Shown piece after piece: positions 42,871 to 43,240 of a DNA stretch of 43,240 nt. The notes below the pieces were generated by a model. The model was not told where the DNA came from. It searched no databases and saw only the letters and a list, made by a program, of their open reading frames with translations. Source of the DNA: Patescibacteria group bacterium (GTDB lineage Bacteria > Patescibacteriota > UBA1384 > 2-12-FULL-50-11); contig BOKZ01000001.1 of assembly GCA_016861245.1 (NCBI GenBank), positions 143,107 through 186,346 on the forward strand. The letters run 5' to 3'. Numbering within the stretch: position 1 is the stretch's first letter; each line of letters opens with the position of its first letter. A program made the position numbers and the translations under genes.

Positions 42871-43007
42871 TGGAGCGGGTGGACGGATTCGAACCGCCGA
42901 CCTCCTGCGTCTGCTTCGCTGTGGCAAGCCCCAGAAGCTGGTTACCTACCCTCTTGATTTTTTCGCTAAGCTTGGCAAGCGCTCTAACCGCGTTGAGCTA
43001 CACCCGC
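42871..43007 (-). tRNA. tRNA-Gly-like gene with ~60 extra nt in the anticodon arm (137 nt, CCA encoded)
   Basis: Minus sense: GCGGGTG-TA-GCTC-AACGCGGTTA-GAGC-G-CTTGC-[66 nt]-GCAGG-AGGTC-GGCGG-TTCGAAT-CCGTC-CACCCGC-T-CCA. G1:C72, C2:G71, G3:C70 and U73 fit Gly identity. The 66 nt contain two TTGCCA (GCC anticodon-like) motifs. Confidence 0.7.
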
Positions 43008-43026
43008 TCTCTGATGTGCGAAGTAT

Positions 43027-43055
43027 ATTGTACCGCCATCTCTCGAGTAGATCAA
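43027..43055 (-). promoter_or_regulatory. sigma70-like promoter for tRNA-Gly (TTGATC-N17-TACAAT)
   Basis: Minus sense TTGATC (43055-43050), 17-nt spacer, TACAAT (43032-43027), ending 19 nt upstream of the tRNA 5' end. Confidence 0.5.
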
Positions 43056-43085
43056 GACATTATAAAAGCGGTGAGGAGAAATTCT

Positions 43086-43240
43086 TCACCGCGGTTCGTC
43101 TCGGCCGTATCGTAGTGTCACGGCGCCGTTCTCAATGATCAAGTAGCTGTAGATTCTGGAAGAAAGGAATAGACCAGGATTAGCGTATCGCGCCGAATAG
43201 TCGACTTCGGCCCAATGGGTGTGGCCGGTTACCAGCCAAT
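43086..43240 (-). CDS. metallophosphoesterase (YfcE/MJ0936-like), C-terminal 50 aa (runs off the right edge)
   Basis: My minus-strand translation is WLVTGHTHWAEVDYSARYANPGLFLSSRIYSYLIIENGAVTLRYGRDEPR*. The GHTH motif is typical of calcineurin-like phosphoesterases. The stop lies at 43086-43088 inside a hairpin followed by TTTTAT. Confidence 0.7.
   Translation of the reverse strand, partial: WLVTGHTHWAEVDYSARYANPGLFLSSRIYSYLIIENGAVTLRYGRDEPR

Noticed and set aside
1-43240. CRISPR arrays, IS elements or transposases, rRNA genes and alternative genetic code (UGA recoding)
   Set aside because: I saw no regularly spaced direct repeats, no transposase-like ORFs and no rRNA-like sequence. Long conserved genes (dnaE, the ATPase, gltX, hisS) are uninterrupted under the standard code and several end in TGA, so code 25 or code 4 is not indicated.

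Overview
The gene content suggests a 43.2-kb chromosomal segment from a small-genome bacterium, probably Patescibacteria/CPR and possibly Saccharibacteria-like. That placement is inference only. Most of the window is densely packed housekeeping: ileS (partial), hisS, gltX, rplS, rpmA, dnaE, ndk, rpsF-ssb-rpsR-efp, a XerC/D-type recombinase, a SpoU methyltransferase, a GT4 (WecA/MraY-family) transferase, a P-type ATPase with a receiver-only response regulator, PspC plus a toastrack protein, and two PAP2 phosphatases. The standard genetic code fits all long ORFs. No CRISPR array, transposase or rRNA gene was seen.

Three things stand out:
1. A six-gene type IV pilus block (31139-41160, minus strand). 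It runs pilC, a 291-aa pilin, then four pilin-like genes ordered like fimU-pilV-pilW-pilX/pilY1. It ends in a ~1650-aa protein with a PilX-like N-terminus and Kelch-like repeats.
2. Unusual tRNA loci. tRNA-Glu(CUC) and tRNA-Gln(CUG) are each followed by a terminator-like hairpin, a conserved non-coding module, and an exact 17-nt copy of the tRNA's own 3' end. A third copy of the module sits in the anticodon loop of a degenerate tRNA-Glu-like sequence. A tRNA-Gly gene with its own promoter and terminator carries about 60 extra nucleotides in its anticodon arm.
3. Two small islets of orphan genes that look G+C-richer than their surroundings: 13348-13758 next to tRNA-Gln, and 18135-18970 between rplS and rpmA.

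Several genes also have TTGAYN-N17-TAYAAT-like promoters only 6-13 nt upstream of the ATG, which suggests leaderless or near-leaderless mRNAs. Everything here was read by eye. No searches, folding or composition calculations were run.
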